Shown here: positions 49,566 through 63,410 of the stretch, piece after piece
Position numbering within the stretch: position 1 is the stretch's first letter
Layout: each line of letters begins with the position of its first letter
Source: the human T2T-CHM13v2.0 reference genome, Homo sapiens
Assembly (NCBI RefSeq): GCF_009914755.1
Contig: NC_060937.1
DNA length: 64,000 nt
Strand: one strand, 5' to 3'
Position numbers and translations under genes: made by a program
The notes under the pieces: model-generated
Seen by the model: only the letters and a program-made list of their open reading frames with translations
What the model was told of the DNA's origin: nothing
Database searches by the model: none

Positions 49566-52500
49566 ATATCGGGGGGAGCTAGCTAAGTGGAGAAACTAGA
49601 ACTAATGGCTATTCCATTACAGAAACAGAGATACCTCCTGGAAAAATCCTTCCTTCCATTTTTTAATCCATCAAAAATTGGATAAAAAAGGCCATTGAAC
49701 CTTTAAGAAACAGCAATAGTATCCTCAGGAAATAAGTGAAAAATGCATCATATTTAGGGACACAAAGAAGGACTCTTCCAAAACAGACGTCCACAGTGAG
49801 AATAGCCACTTGCCTGTGCCCGGGATGGAACAGACTGCAGGGTTATCACATTCAGGAAGGGTATGAACCAGACTGCCTGGGTTTAACCTGGCTTCCTCGC
49901 TTACTTTCAGAGTCCTGTGGCCTTGGGACTGTTATCTAACCTTTCTAGGTCTCAGTTTCCTCATCTGTAAAATGTGAACAGTAACAATATCTATGTAACA
50001 GGATTTTTTAAAATACGTGAAATGCTTAAAACAGTACCTGGAAGTAAGGCTTAAGGATCTGTTAAACAAACAAACCACTCTAATTGTAAATATAGACAGG
50101 TTGACTGAGCTGGTTTCTGTTACAGAACAATTTGATTTATTAATAATGTAAATGGCAGCCATGTTTCTCTGGAAAATTTTAAGCTGCCATACAAATGAAA
50201 TCTCTTGGAAGTAGAGCTGTCTTTATTCATTTTATAAATAGGGAGACTGGGACACAGTAGGGAACACTTATGTACGAATCTTCCACAAATTCTGCAGAAT
50301 GCCTCTCACCTGGCTGCAGGTGCTCAGTAAACACTGGTGGACTGAGCTGAATTTCCAGAGGTCCAAGACCTAGCTGCCCATGCAACCAAGATAGAAATGT
50401 TCTTCTTTATTCTAATTTCACTCATTTTAGAGATTCTAATTGCTAAGGAAGAACAGTGATGTATTAGGCATACTGACCATTTTGTTTTTACAATTACTTT
50501 TTAAGCATGAGAATTATGTATTGGACACAGGGAGCACTCATCCATCGACTGGTAAGATGTTTGTTTAGAGAATGTCACTGGTCTAACAATGAATGAATGA
50601 GGGCTGGAAATCACCAGACACACAGCCACAGCACATTTATTTCTTACAGCCCATTAGGCCTTGGCTCCATTTTAATACAACTCAAATGTCTCTATGTGAG
50701 CGTCACAGCTCACCCTGCAGGCAGGGCAACACATTCAAGTAGTCAAACATCAACCATCATGGAATCTGCAAGTTCAACACTGTTGCAACCACAATGATAT
50801 CATAAACTTTAGTATTCCATGTCTCAGAGTTTAACATAAAGAGCTATGTTGCTGAAAGTGCAAACAAAATTTTTTTAACTTTGTAGAAGGTCAGTTTTTT
50901 AATTTGGTGAAATCTGACTAAAAGTTAGCCCAGCCATGGAGAGTTTTACATTGATATATACACACAAACTTAGGTAGAAATGGCTCTGCCAGAAATTGTC
51001 AGCATAAAGTACATGAAATTTTTAATAAGTGACTGTTTTTTGATACCTAAAAAAGCAATTTCATATGGGCCACCTGATAGTTGTGTAACGTAAGACAGAT
51101 TTTGAAATTCTCTAAACATCAGTTTCCTCACCTGCAAAATGGGACACTCTTAGTACTTTCTTTACAGTGTTATTGTAAAGATTCTAAGAAATACATGAAA
51201 AGTTTTTAGTGTAGTCACCGTGGGTCCATAAGTACTAAGTCATTATTTGTAGTCATAATATTAGCATCTGGTTCTGATGCTAAACTGAAAGTATTTTACT
51301 GTGAACATTTTTAAAAGTGCATCAGGAATTAAGGGACTGGCTCCTCAGAAAGAACCCCTTCATGCCCCAACCTGCAGAGGCAGGACACCTCACGATGCCC
51401 TTCTTTCTTTTCACTCCCTCTTCAGCATTAACAGTGGTTTCAACAAAGCAGTTGTCAGCTGGAGGGGGGTGCCAGGGTTCAGAGCAAACAAGTATACCCA
51501 GCAACTGGCACACACCTGCTGGAAACTGCCTGTGTGAGATGCTGAGGGTTCTGCTGCCCTCTGGGACGATGTTCAACTTCTTCAGGAGCAGCACTAGCCA
51601 ACATATGACAGATTTTGGTTTTTTAAGAAAAAGCAAAATATAACTCATCTAAAGGCTTTCTGAAATCCCCTTGCTGCCCACGATGGCCGACGCTCATTTC
51701 TCTATGTGTGTGCGTGGGTTTTGTTTTTAACTTCTTTTTGTATTCCTAGTCAAGAGAGCACTAAATGTTCTGAAACTGTTTCTTGGGCGTTGCTTTTCTC
51801 TCCTCAGCTGCACTTGGTGCTAAGTCAGGAGCCATCCCTGGTGCTGGGCACATACCAGGCTCTCAGTAAACAGATGCTGAATAATTGATGCTGCAAATCC
51901 AGTTGTGAAAATGGCTTCTTGGCCTCTGTAATTTTGCACACTTTTAAGGCTGCAAGCCTTCAAAACAACAATCATGGGCCTTTTCAGCTTCCTGTAAACT
52001 CTGTCATGCTGCCGTGAATTCCAAATTCTTAATTTTATGCACACAGAGGGAAAACTTTCCAGAACCAATGAATAGACAACTTTCCCAAAGGTCCTGTTTA
52101 TCTTTCATACTAAACAAATATGGTTTTTGGCAACCTAAGTCTTCCACTAATTGTGCATACTGACAGATAGATATTTATATCCACAGATAGTAACAGAGGA
52201 CAGGAACCAGTATCCAATATGGATGTGAAGAGGGCTGCCTGGACTGGGAAGGGTGAGGCCTCTCCCTGAGAATGGTTTCCCAACTTTCATCTCATGAATG
52301 GCAGTGCCCAGAGCATGACGATCAATCACATCCTCCTAGCACTGTCTAGCACTACCCCTTCACACAAAGCCATCTCTCAGGCAAGGTCTCAGTTACCCTG
52401 GTGATATGAGTGAGGGAGGCATTATACCCACTTTACAGAGAGAAACTGAGGCAAACGTGGCTGCAGAGACATATGGGGGCTGCTGCTGCTGGCCATGTGG

Positions 52501-52627
52501 GTATCTGGGTTTTAGGTGGGTGCAGCTGTTAGGACAGGGGTACCTTGTCTCTGTGTGGTTGTTTTTCTGGTTGACCAGACTACAGTATAATAAATATGCC
52601 TCAGAGTGCCTCCATTTCTTCAAATGA

Positions 52628-52988
<361 letters not shown>

Positions 52989-53421
52989 ATGCTTTCTTTC
53001 TATAGGCCCTATGTTCTGACAAAGCAAAAGCAGGCAAAACTAAAGGCAGAAAACAACAACAACAACAAACAAACAAAGCACAAGATAGGATGAGTAATTG
53101 ATACAAATGTGAGGGCAATTTTTTTAAAAACTATTTTATTTTTAAGTAGATTTGCAGAGATGCGTAAAGTCTTAATTGCATCATTAATAAGTGACAGCAT
53201 TGCCATGGTGATTACTTATTTTCAGAAAAGAAATAACCATAGAGAAATCATTAATAACTCAACAAGATACAAGGTGCTGGTCAGGGACTGTCAGGCACAC
53301 ATATCTCTCCACATGCAGTATAAAGCATGTTCTAATGGACAAAGAAAAATATTGGTTTGGGGGAAAAATAACTTGGTCCTTCTGCTAAACCCAGAGAATA
53401 GGCATTACAACCTCGTAATAG

Positions 53422-53849
<428 letters not shown>

Positions 53850-54740
53850 CTAGCAAGGCAAGAAGAAGTTTATACACAAGCCCTAATATACTCATTTAAA
53901 TACATGTAAAGCATTTATTTAATACACTAACATGGACATTTATAGCTATAATAGTTAAGGCAATGTTTTCTATATATCAGGTACTGTGCTAAGAATTTTG
54001 TGTGTACTGAAACTCACTAATCTTCACAAAACCTTATCCTCCACGTAAGCATTAACATTATTCCCATTTTACAAATGAGAAAACAGGCCAGAGAAATGTC
54101 ATAAGGCAGTAGAGTTGGGACGTGAATTCAGGCAGTCTGGCTTTAGAGCTCATGTCTTAACACTATTTTCTTTTTGCTTAGTTATCTTTTTATTGGAAAA
54201 TAACTTTCTAAAACAAACTGAAAAGGTACTAATTCCACCTTCCAGCCCCCACCCCGTGAATCCAGGCTTTTTCATGGCCAGTCACACATGGAGCGAGACA
54301 CAAGCTGGGTACCGTGAAGAGGAGTTTGGTTGAACATATAACCTCAGCTCAGCGCAGCCCAGAGTTCACTCCCTGCCCAGTGAGAAGGAGCCACTGTGTG
54401 AGCTGCTACCGGGGACGGGGTGCGGGGGGGGGGGGGTTAGGGAGCAGCGGCTGGGGGCCCTGGCTGATAACTCCCTCTTGGACACCAGCACCAAACAGGT
54501 GCTGAGGAAGAAGGTATTGGGGCAGACACAAGAGGACTTAACTATTATTCATTATTATCCAAATGAAATGGAAGTGTTATCACATTTCAGGAAACATTAA
54601 GATTAATATTTGCAAGAGAACACAATAAAAGATACAACGGCAATCTAATTACTTTTTGATCCAAAGCTACTGTTAGATATTGGTATATCCTACTTTCCGC
54701 CACCGCGCCCGACCACTTAGTTCTTGAAATTGTCGAATGC

Positions 54741-55400
54741 GGCGGCAGGGAGGCGGGCGGGGCGGGCTGCAGGCGGGGTCTGGCTCTGGGGCCAGTCTGG
54801 GCCACGGTCGGGACCCAGTGGAGGGCCGGACTGGTCAGGGTTCAGGCGGGATCCGGCGTCCGAGTTCTGGTGGGCAGGCCTGGGGCAGGATCTGGCTCTG
54901 GCTGCGGGTCCTGGCCCGGGTCAGGGTTGGGCCTCCTATCCAGCCCGCCCCAGGGCAGGGTTCAATCCCGCACTTGCCGAAGTCCCTGGGGCTGGCAAGG
55001 GTGCAAGACGCGGAGGGCTCTATGTCGGGAAAGGGGCTCTGAAGACCACGTGGGGGCGCTCTAAGGGGTCTGGGGCCACCCTGCTCTCTGGGTCAAAGGT
55101 CATCGCAATGGCCGGGAAGAACTTCCTCTTCCTTGGCTCTCCCCACTTACTTCCTGATAACCTGGTAGCGGTCTCCCGCGGGCGTCGGGGCTTGGGGGGA
55201 GGCGTAGCAACTTCAGGGAACTTCCCAAAGGTGTGCGCAGGTTGGGGGGCGGGGCGCGGCGCCCCGGGAGGTGGCGGCCTCTGCGACAGCGGAAGTATAA
55301 GAGTGGACCTGCAGGCCGGTCGCGAGGAGGTGGAGTGGGTGGCGCCCGCTTTGTGCCTGGGATCGGCATGCTGGGGCAGGAGGGCAGCCGCGTGTCAGGT
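54741..55400 (+). promoter_or_regulatory. CpG-island-like 5' leader of the ESRRA retrocopy with GC boxes, DR1/NBRE and ETS sites
   Basis: GGCGGGCGGGGCGGG near 54752; GGGTCAAAGGTCA at 55090-55102; CGGAAGT-TATAAG at 55290-55301; many retained CpGs. Confidence 0.55.
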
Positions 55401-57439
55401 GACCAGAACCATGTCCAGCCAGGTGGTGGGCAGTGAGCCTCTCTACATCATGGCAGAGCCGGCCAGGCCTGACAGTCCAAAGGGCTCCTCGGAGACGGAG
55501 ACCCGAGCCTCCTGTGGCCCTGGCCCCTGGTCCAGCTCCCACCCACTGCCTCCCAGGCCACAAGGAAGAGGAGGATGGGAAGGGGCTGGGCCTGGCGAGC
55601 TGGGCGGTGGGAAGCTGGTGCTCAGCTTCCTGTCCAAGAGCCTCTGCCTGGTCTGTGGGGACGTGGCCTCCGGCTACCACTACGGTGTGTCATCCTGTGA
55701 GGACTGCAAAGCCTTCTTCAAGAGGACCATCCAGGGGAGCATCAAGTACAGCTGTCCGGCCTCCAACAAGTGTGAGATCATCAAGCGGAGACGCAAGGCC
55801 TGTCAGGCCTGCCGCTTCACCAAGTGCCTGCGGGAGTGCGCCTGGATCGCGTCCGGGGTGGGCGGAAGAAGTACAAGCGGTGCCAGAGGTGGACCCGCTG
55901 CCCTTCCCGGGCGCCTTCCCTGCTGGGCCCCTGGCAGTCGCTGGAGGCCCCCAGAAGACACCCCAGTGAATGCGCTGGTGTCTCATCTGCTGGTGGTTGA
56001 GCCTGAGAAGCTCTATGCCATGCCCGACCCCGTGGGCCCTGATGGGCACCTTTAAGCCGTGGCTACCCTCTGTGACCTCTTTGACCGAGAGATCGTATTT
56101 ACCGTCAGCTGGGCCAAGAGCATCCCAGGCTTCTCATTGCTGTCGCTGTCTGACCAGATGTCAGTACTGCAGAGCGTGTGGATGGAGGTGCTGGTGCCCG
56201 GTGTGGCCCAGCGCTCACTGCCACTGCAGGATGAGCTGGCCTTCACTGAGGACAGAGTCCTGGATGAAGAGGGGGCACGGGCAGCTGGCCTGGGGGAACT
56301 GGGGACTGCCCTGCTGCAACTGGTGCGGCGGCTGCAGTCCCTGCGGCTGGAGCGAGGGGAGTACGTTCTACTGAAGGCCCTGGCCCTTGCCAATTCAGAC
56401 TCTGTGCCCATCGAAGATGCCGAGGCTGTGGAGCAGCTGCCAGAAGCTCCGCACGAGGCCCTGCTGGAGTATGAAGCCGGCCGGGCTGGCACCGGAGGGG
56501 GTGCTGAGCGGCGGCGGCCAGGCAGGCTGCTGTTCACGCTACCGCTCCTCCACCAGACAGCGGGCAAAGTGCTGGCCCATTTCTATGGGGTGAAGCTGGA
56601 GGGCAAGGTGCCCATGCACAAGCTGTTCTTGGAGATGCTCGAGGCCATGATGGACTGAGGCGAGGGGTGGGACTGGTGGGGGTTCTGGCAGGACCTGCCT
56701 AGCATGGGGTCAGCCCCAAGGGCTGGGGCGGAGCTGGGGTCTGGGCAGTGCCACAGCCTGCTGGCAGGGCCAGGGCAATGCCATCAGCCCCTGGGAGCAG
56801 GCCCCACTCCCTCCCCTCCCCCCTCCTAGGGGATGTCAGAAGCTGGAAACGTGTGTCCGGGCTCTGGGCACAGTGCTGCCCCTTGCAAGCCATAGCGTGC
56901 CCCAAGAGTGTAGGGGGCCTTGCCGAAGCCACAGGGGGCTGCAGGGGATGTGTGGGAGGCAGAAGCCTATCTCAGGGAGGGAAGGGGATGCAGGCCACAG
57001 TCTCCCAGTGGGTGATGCTTTTGCTGCTGCTTAATCCTGCCGCCTCTTCAGAGCAGAGTGGGACTCGGAGAGCAAAGGCCCATGCTCCCTTTGCTCCTCC
57101 TCTCATCATTTGCACTGGGCATTAGTGCCCCCCCTTGAAGCAATAACTCCAAGCAGGCTCCAGCCCCTGGACCCCTGGGGTGGCCAGGGCTTCCCCATCA
57201 GCTCCCACCCAGCCTCCTCAGGGGGTAGGAGAGCACTGCCTCTATGCCCTGCAGAGCAGTAACACTATATTTATTTTTGGGTTTGGCCAGGGAGGCGCAC
57301 GGACATGGGGCAAGCCAGGGCCCAGAGCCTTTGGCTGTACAGAGACTCTATTTTAATGTATATTTGCTGCAAAGAGAAACCGCTTTTGGTTTTGAATCTT
57401 TAATGAGAAAAAATATATATACTATCGAGCTCAAAAAGA
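54741..57439 (+). pseudogene. ESRRAP2: Processed pseudogene of ESRRA (ERRalpha). Human has two such copies on 13q12; ESRRAP2 versus ESRRAP1 cannot be decided with certainty from the sequence.
   Basis: Intronless MSSQVVG...C4 zinc fingers...[11 protein letters not shown] (55411-56658) with indels and an in-frame TAA at 56053; 3'UTR; short A-tail; 14-bp TSD AAATTGT(C/G)GAATGC at 54727-54740 and 57440-57453. Confidence 0.95.
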
Positions 57440-57453
57440 AAATTGTGGAATGC

Positions 57454-58860
57454 ATGATTGACAATGTATTTTTTATTTCTATTTTTTCAAGTAACATCAG
57501 TATTGTTTAACTATAGCCAGCACTGACTAAAATTTTTATATTTTCAGAGTTGAAGTCGGTGAAGACATTCATGATTTAAACACCAGATCCTGAAAGGCAT
57601 TAAATCTACTTTGAAATGAATCTGCAATCAGTATTTCAAAGCTTTTCTGGTAATTTTAGTGATCTTATTTGACTAGACTTTTTCAGAAGTACTAAATAAG
57701 GAATTTTAACAGGTTTTTATTAATGCACAGATAAATAGAAGTATAGTGAGGTCTATAGCCATTTTATTAAAATAGCTTAAAAGTTTGTAAAAAAATGAAT
57801 CTTTGTAATTACTTAATATCTTAGTTAAGAACCCATCAAGCTTATATTTGCTGGACTTACAACTTATTTTAAATGCGTTTATCTTTTTTGACACTATTCA
57901 GTGGAATGTGTAAGCTAGCTAATTCTTGTTTTCTGATTTAAAGCACTTTTAAATCTTATCCTGCTCCCTAAAAACAAAAGGTTTTGATCACAAGGGGAAA
58001 TGTAAGAATGTTAACCCTGTTTTTCAGAAGGGCTACTGTTAATTGCACATAAACATGAAATGTGTTTTCCCACTGTCTCACAGAATGCAACATTTCTTGG
58101 GAGAAACCTGACCAAAACTAGCAATATCGACAACTCTAACAGATTCCAGACAAAATTCAAACTTAATAGTGGTAAAGAAACAGGTTGTTCACTTGTCGAG
58201 GTGCAACAATTCTTAAGACTTCTGTTTGAAATTGCTCAATGACTAGGAAAAGGTGTAGTAGTTTACCAAATTTGTTCTTCCACCATATCAAAGTAAACAA
58301 TTCATGCCTTTATAGGGTCAGGCCTACAATTAATAGGTATGGTGGTTCACAGAATTTTAAAAATAGAGTTAAAGGGAAGTGATGTACATTCTGGGGGCAT
58401 TAGGGTAGGGAGATGAATCAAAATATTCCCTTAGTAATACTTTATATTTAATACTGCAAAAGCTTTACAAATAGAAACCATGTAATTACCTACTTTAGTT
58501 CTTTTGTCATAAAAACAGTCCCTTGGTTTGTTGGATTGTAGCTATTACTTATACAGCAACACTTCTTCAATTAGCAGTCTAGGCATTTTATAAACAGAAA
58601 TCTTGGACCAATTGATAATATTTCTGACTATTAATATTTTAGTGCTATAAAATACTATGTGAATCTCTTAAAAATCTGACATTTTACAGTCTGTATTAGA
58701 CATACTGTTTTTATAGTGTTTTACTTCTGCCTTAAGATTTAGGTTTTTTAAGTGTATTTTTGCCCTGAATTAAGTGTTAATTTGGTATAAACTCTGCTTT
58801 TAAAAATCATCATTTACTGGGTTCTAATAAATTAAAAATTAAACTTGAAAAAAGAAAGAA
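57454..58860 (+). pseudogene. AT-rich 3'UTR-like segment of a second, host retrocopy
   Basis: Repeat-free, AU-rich 1.4 kb ending in AATAAA (58826-58831) and an A-rich tail (58848-58860); contiguous across the ESRRA TSD with 54697-54740. Confidence 0.55.
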
Positions 58861-59016
58861 TAACACTATTTCTCAGGTGGAGAAACATTCCATCTTTCCA
58901 AGATGTCCTTCCTTAGTGTTCTGACGGTATAATAGTTGAATATTTTAATATTCCATCCTGTCATTGGCCTGGATCCTGCTTACAATGTGGTGGTTGTTAT
59001 AAGGAAAACTTGGCAC

Positions 59017-59380
59017 TGTAACATCCCCCCAAACTGGGAAAGCGTCGAGAGACCAAAGAATAATATGGGCAAGTCCAGCTTGATGAATAGATGAGTTTAC
59101 TAGGACTTACATACTGGACATTCCTAAGCAGCTCTAGAGTCACCCTGCCTCCCGTCTCTAAGCTGCCTTTCAGCTAATGTTCTGACTGTTTGCCTACTCT
59201 GTGTGCACGATGACAGTGTTTTCTTTGACATGTTCTCAGGTATGCCCTGGGATGTTTGGGTTCTCAGGGATCCCTGCTCCTCAGCTGGGCACCAGGGCCT
59301 TGACTCCCTGCCCAGCATTCAGGATCCAAGCAACACATGTACACTCTTAAGTAACCTGGTGGGGGACACATCACACTACA
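59017..59380 (-). mobile_element. Solo ERV LTR, LTR18-like
   Basis: TG...CA termini; the minus strand begins TGTAGTGTGATGTGTCCCCCACCAGGTTACTTAAG. Confidence 0.75.
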
Positions 59381-59898
59381 GTTGTCAATATTGCTAGTTT
59401 TGGTCAGGTTTCCCCCATGAAATGTTGCATTCTGTGAGACAGTGGGAGGTAAGTACTACCAATTACCGAATCCAGAGGTTCAGATTAGCTACTAATTTGG
59501 ATTAGAACATTAATAATCAACTACCATTTACAGTGTACCTCTATGCTATTACATAAAGATATACTGGTTCCTGCCCTTAGGCAGCTTACTGCCTAGAAGA
59601 GGAGATAGCATTTATAAAAAAAACTTACTGAAGTGACTTAGTGATTGTTCAGGAGATGGGAAGAACATTCAAGGAATATATTTAACAGACTTGTAGTGTT
59701 TTCTTTGGGTAAGTAATTTGCCATTTTAAGTCTAAAAGAGAAATAAGAGTGTCCTCTTGCTTGACATTAAATTTGGTTTACCAGTAAAATCAATGAAGAA
59801 ACTCAATACAAATGGTCTCCAGTGTATAAATGATGAGCATTTCTAAAGAATAGAAGTAAGTTTTTTGGATCTTGGTAGAAATAATGTTGTATATGGAC

Positions 59899-60145
59899 TT
59901 GGGAGGCTGAGACAACAGGATGGCTTGCGACTAGGAGTTCAAGACCAGCCTGGGCAACATAGTGAGCCCCTTTCTCTAAAAAATAGAAAAAAATTATCCG
60001 GGCATGGTGGTACATGCCTGTAATCCTAGCGACTTGGGAGGTTGAGGTGGCAGGATCACTGGAGCCCAGAATTTGAGGCTGCAGTGAGCCACGATTATGC
60101 CATAACACTCCATCCTAAGCAACAGAGTGAGATTCCAACTCAAAG
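59899..60145 (+). mobile_element. AluJ, 5'-truncated
   Basis: Diverged Alu arms. Confidence 0.88.
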
Positions 60146-60574
60146 GTGGGGGGGAGAATGTTGTACATAATAGATAAGTTCCTAGGCTGGCCTCCAAGGG
60201 CTCATTTAATCTTTCTACCAGTTACTTATACAAACTTTGGATTTTCCCCCTATTTAATATACTATTAGGGGCTATATCTCATTCATGTAGCACCTACTCA
60301 TGTGGCTTACAGATCATAGCAACTAGTTATCTTAAATCTTAAATTCTTTTTTGAACAAATTGTACTATAAAATATACACCTATAGAGGAAAGAAGTTAAT
60401 TCAGTGTTTGTTCATTTGAACTGAAAGTGAAGCTAAAAGAACAACCCCCTTCTTGTATTCTGAAAACTGCATTCTCTTGTGTATGATAAAAAGGAAGTGC
60501 AAAATGCATAGGGACAATGACTCTCGTCTCTCCCCAGCTCAAATGGTTAAGCGTGCATCGGAAAGGAATTTGTT

Positions 60575-60936
<362 letters not shown>

Positions 60937-62296
60937 TCAGGGCAGGGCAGCGGCTGTTGTCCAGCCAAAACAGACACTTGAAGATTCTTGAGATTCTTGA
61001 AGGAGCCAGCTTACTTTTTAAAATAAAAAAATCTTATTTCTAAAACTGAAGTTAGTTGGCAAGGAAGCATTCAAGTTTTATGTATTCTATCAAACAGTAT
61101 CAAATGTTTCTACTCTAGTGAGGAAAATAGCACACAAGTTTATGTAATAATTTACTCTAATGAAGGTACTGTTTGAATATGCTACACTTGCATATGTCTA
61201 AAGAGTGATTTTTGTTCCCAGTTAAGTACAAGAATAGCAAAATGTGGAAACGTAAATTTAGCAATTGTTCACTCTTGTTTTCCAACCACCTCACATAATG
61301 CTGGAAATATACTTGGCATTCAGTAATTTTTTTTTATTGACCGATTGAATGAGTTATTCTGTTCCATGATTCCCACGTCTTTTTCCACACTAAGTTCTTA
61401 CCACTGCTACAGAGGATACAGTCATAGGCCCCAGTGGTTATCCTAGAGTCGACAGGTAATATAGCTTAACAGAAAGAGTGTTGGTGTTGTGTAGAACTGG
61501 ATTCAAATTCAGATTCTGACACACCAACCTTTCCCCACCTATAAAATGAGGGCTAGTACATACATGTCAAGGATTAAATGAGGTAATCTGAGAAAGTGTC
61601 AGGCATAGTGCTTGGAACATAGTATATATTTAATAAATGCTTGAGGTGCCTAGAACATAGTACATATTTAATAAATGCTTGCAACTATTAGCAAGTGTAA
61701 AAATATAGTGATGATCCCAGTGATGATGGAAAAGACATAGGTCAGTCAGTGACCACCAAGTAAAAGATAACTGAGACAATTAAGTTATTTTAGTGGTGTA
61801 ATTGCTCTGTAAATGTGGCTAGTTAAGGCTAACAACTGATTGTTTCCCAGTATCAGATGATCTAGGCCAAAATACTTAATATCTAGCAGTGTGGTTAGAC
61901 ACATTTCTGCACGTAAAGGCTCAGAAACAGATTCAGGAAAAGCAAAATAGATAAAATAAGGCTTACACAGTTAGAAGAGTAAATGAGCTAGTTGTTGATA
62001 TGCTTTAGTGGGCTTGGCAAGAGTGAGTAAAGAGGTAAGCTGGAGGATAGATCATATGCAATCTATGCCTCTAACCCAGAAATTGTGTTCCTAGGAATTT
62101 GTTCTAAGGAAATATTACAGATATGCACAAAAGTGTAAATACAAGGGTATTTGTCATTATAGTATTTAAAAGAGAAAATATATAAATGATCAAAATATTC
62201 AACAGTAGGGGATTGTGATACATATATATATAAAATGGGATACTGATGCAAGCATTCAGTGAAAAAAAGTAGATTACCAAACCATACGATCCTCAT

Positions 62297-62626
62297 TTAT
62301 TTTATTTTATTTTTTATTTTTATTTTTTTATTTTTTTTACTTTTTGAGACGGAGTCTCACTCTGTCACCCAGACTGGAGTGCAGTGGCACGATCTCGGCT
62401 CACTGCGAGCCCTGCCTCCCAGGTTCACGCCATTCTCCTGCCTCAGCCTCCTGAGTAGCTGGGACTACAGGCACCCGCCACCATGCCTGGCTAATTTTTC
62501 GTGTTTTTAGTAGAGACCAGGTTTCACTGCGTTAGCCAGGATGGTCTTGATCTTCTGACCTCGTGATCCACCAGCCTCGGCCTCCCAAAGTGCTGGGATT
62601 ACAGGCGTGAGCCACCACGCCCGGCC
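62297..62626 (-). mobile_element. Alu (AluY/Sc-type)
   Basis: Antisense Alu; TSD ATCCTCATTT. Confidence 0.95.
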
Positions 62627-62754
62627 AATCCTCATTTGTTTTAAAAAGCAAGATCACACATAAAAAAATAAGAAAGATAAAAAATGTTGGTAAAAGTAAC
62701 TAAAGAATAAAAATATAGGGAAAAAGGTAGCCAAGGGATAGATATTGTTATTCA

Positions 62755-62920
62755 CTTTCTTTTTACAACTTTATTAAGGTATAATTTGTGTGCAATAAAC
62801 TGCACATATTTAAAGTATATAACTTGACTAGTTTTGACAAATATATACACCCATGAAACTGCCAGTTATAATTTTGAACATTTTTCATGACCCTCCAAAG
62901 TTTCCTTGTGTCCATTTGCA

Positions 62921-62957
<37 letters not shown>

Positions 62958-63410
62958 GCAGGCAACCATTGATCTACTGTTACAATAGACTACTTTGCAT
63001 CTTTTAGAATTGTACGTAACTGAAATCACACAGTATGTACTCCTTTGCATCTGGCTTCTTTCACTCAGCATAATGATTTGAGATTCATCCATGCTGTTAC
63101 ATGTACCAGTAACACATTTTATTACTGAGTAGTATACCATTGTATGAATGTATCACATTTTTGTACTTATTCACCTGTTAGTGGACATTTGGGTTGTTTC
63201 CCAGATTACAACCCACATTTGGCTATTACAAAGAAAGCTGCCATTAACTTTTGTGTACAAATCTTTGTGTGGACATGTATTATCTCTTGGGTGAATATCC
63301 AGGAATCAAATGGCTATGTTGAATAATAGATATATTTTTAACTTTTTAAGAAGCCATCAAACTGTTTTCCAAGGTGATTGTACCATTTTACGTTCCCAGC
63401 AGCAGTAACT
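62755..63410 (-). mobile_element. L1MB/MC-type 3' end with internal (CA)n
   Basis: AATAAACTGCACATATTTAAAG...TCTGGCTTCTTTCACTCAGCATAATG...GTACCATTTTAC. Confidence 0.85.

Noticed and set aside
51820-52068. 82-aa minus-strand ORF just upstream of the relic gene
   Set aside because: Could be a further exon, but no convincing donor in the required phase was found and its end runs into L2-like sequence
54158-58871. TAACACTATTT at 54158 and 58861 as an outer TSD for the host retrocopy
   Set aside because: The upstream copy is the end of a MIR and lies ~540 bp from the apparent host 5' edge; likely coincidence
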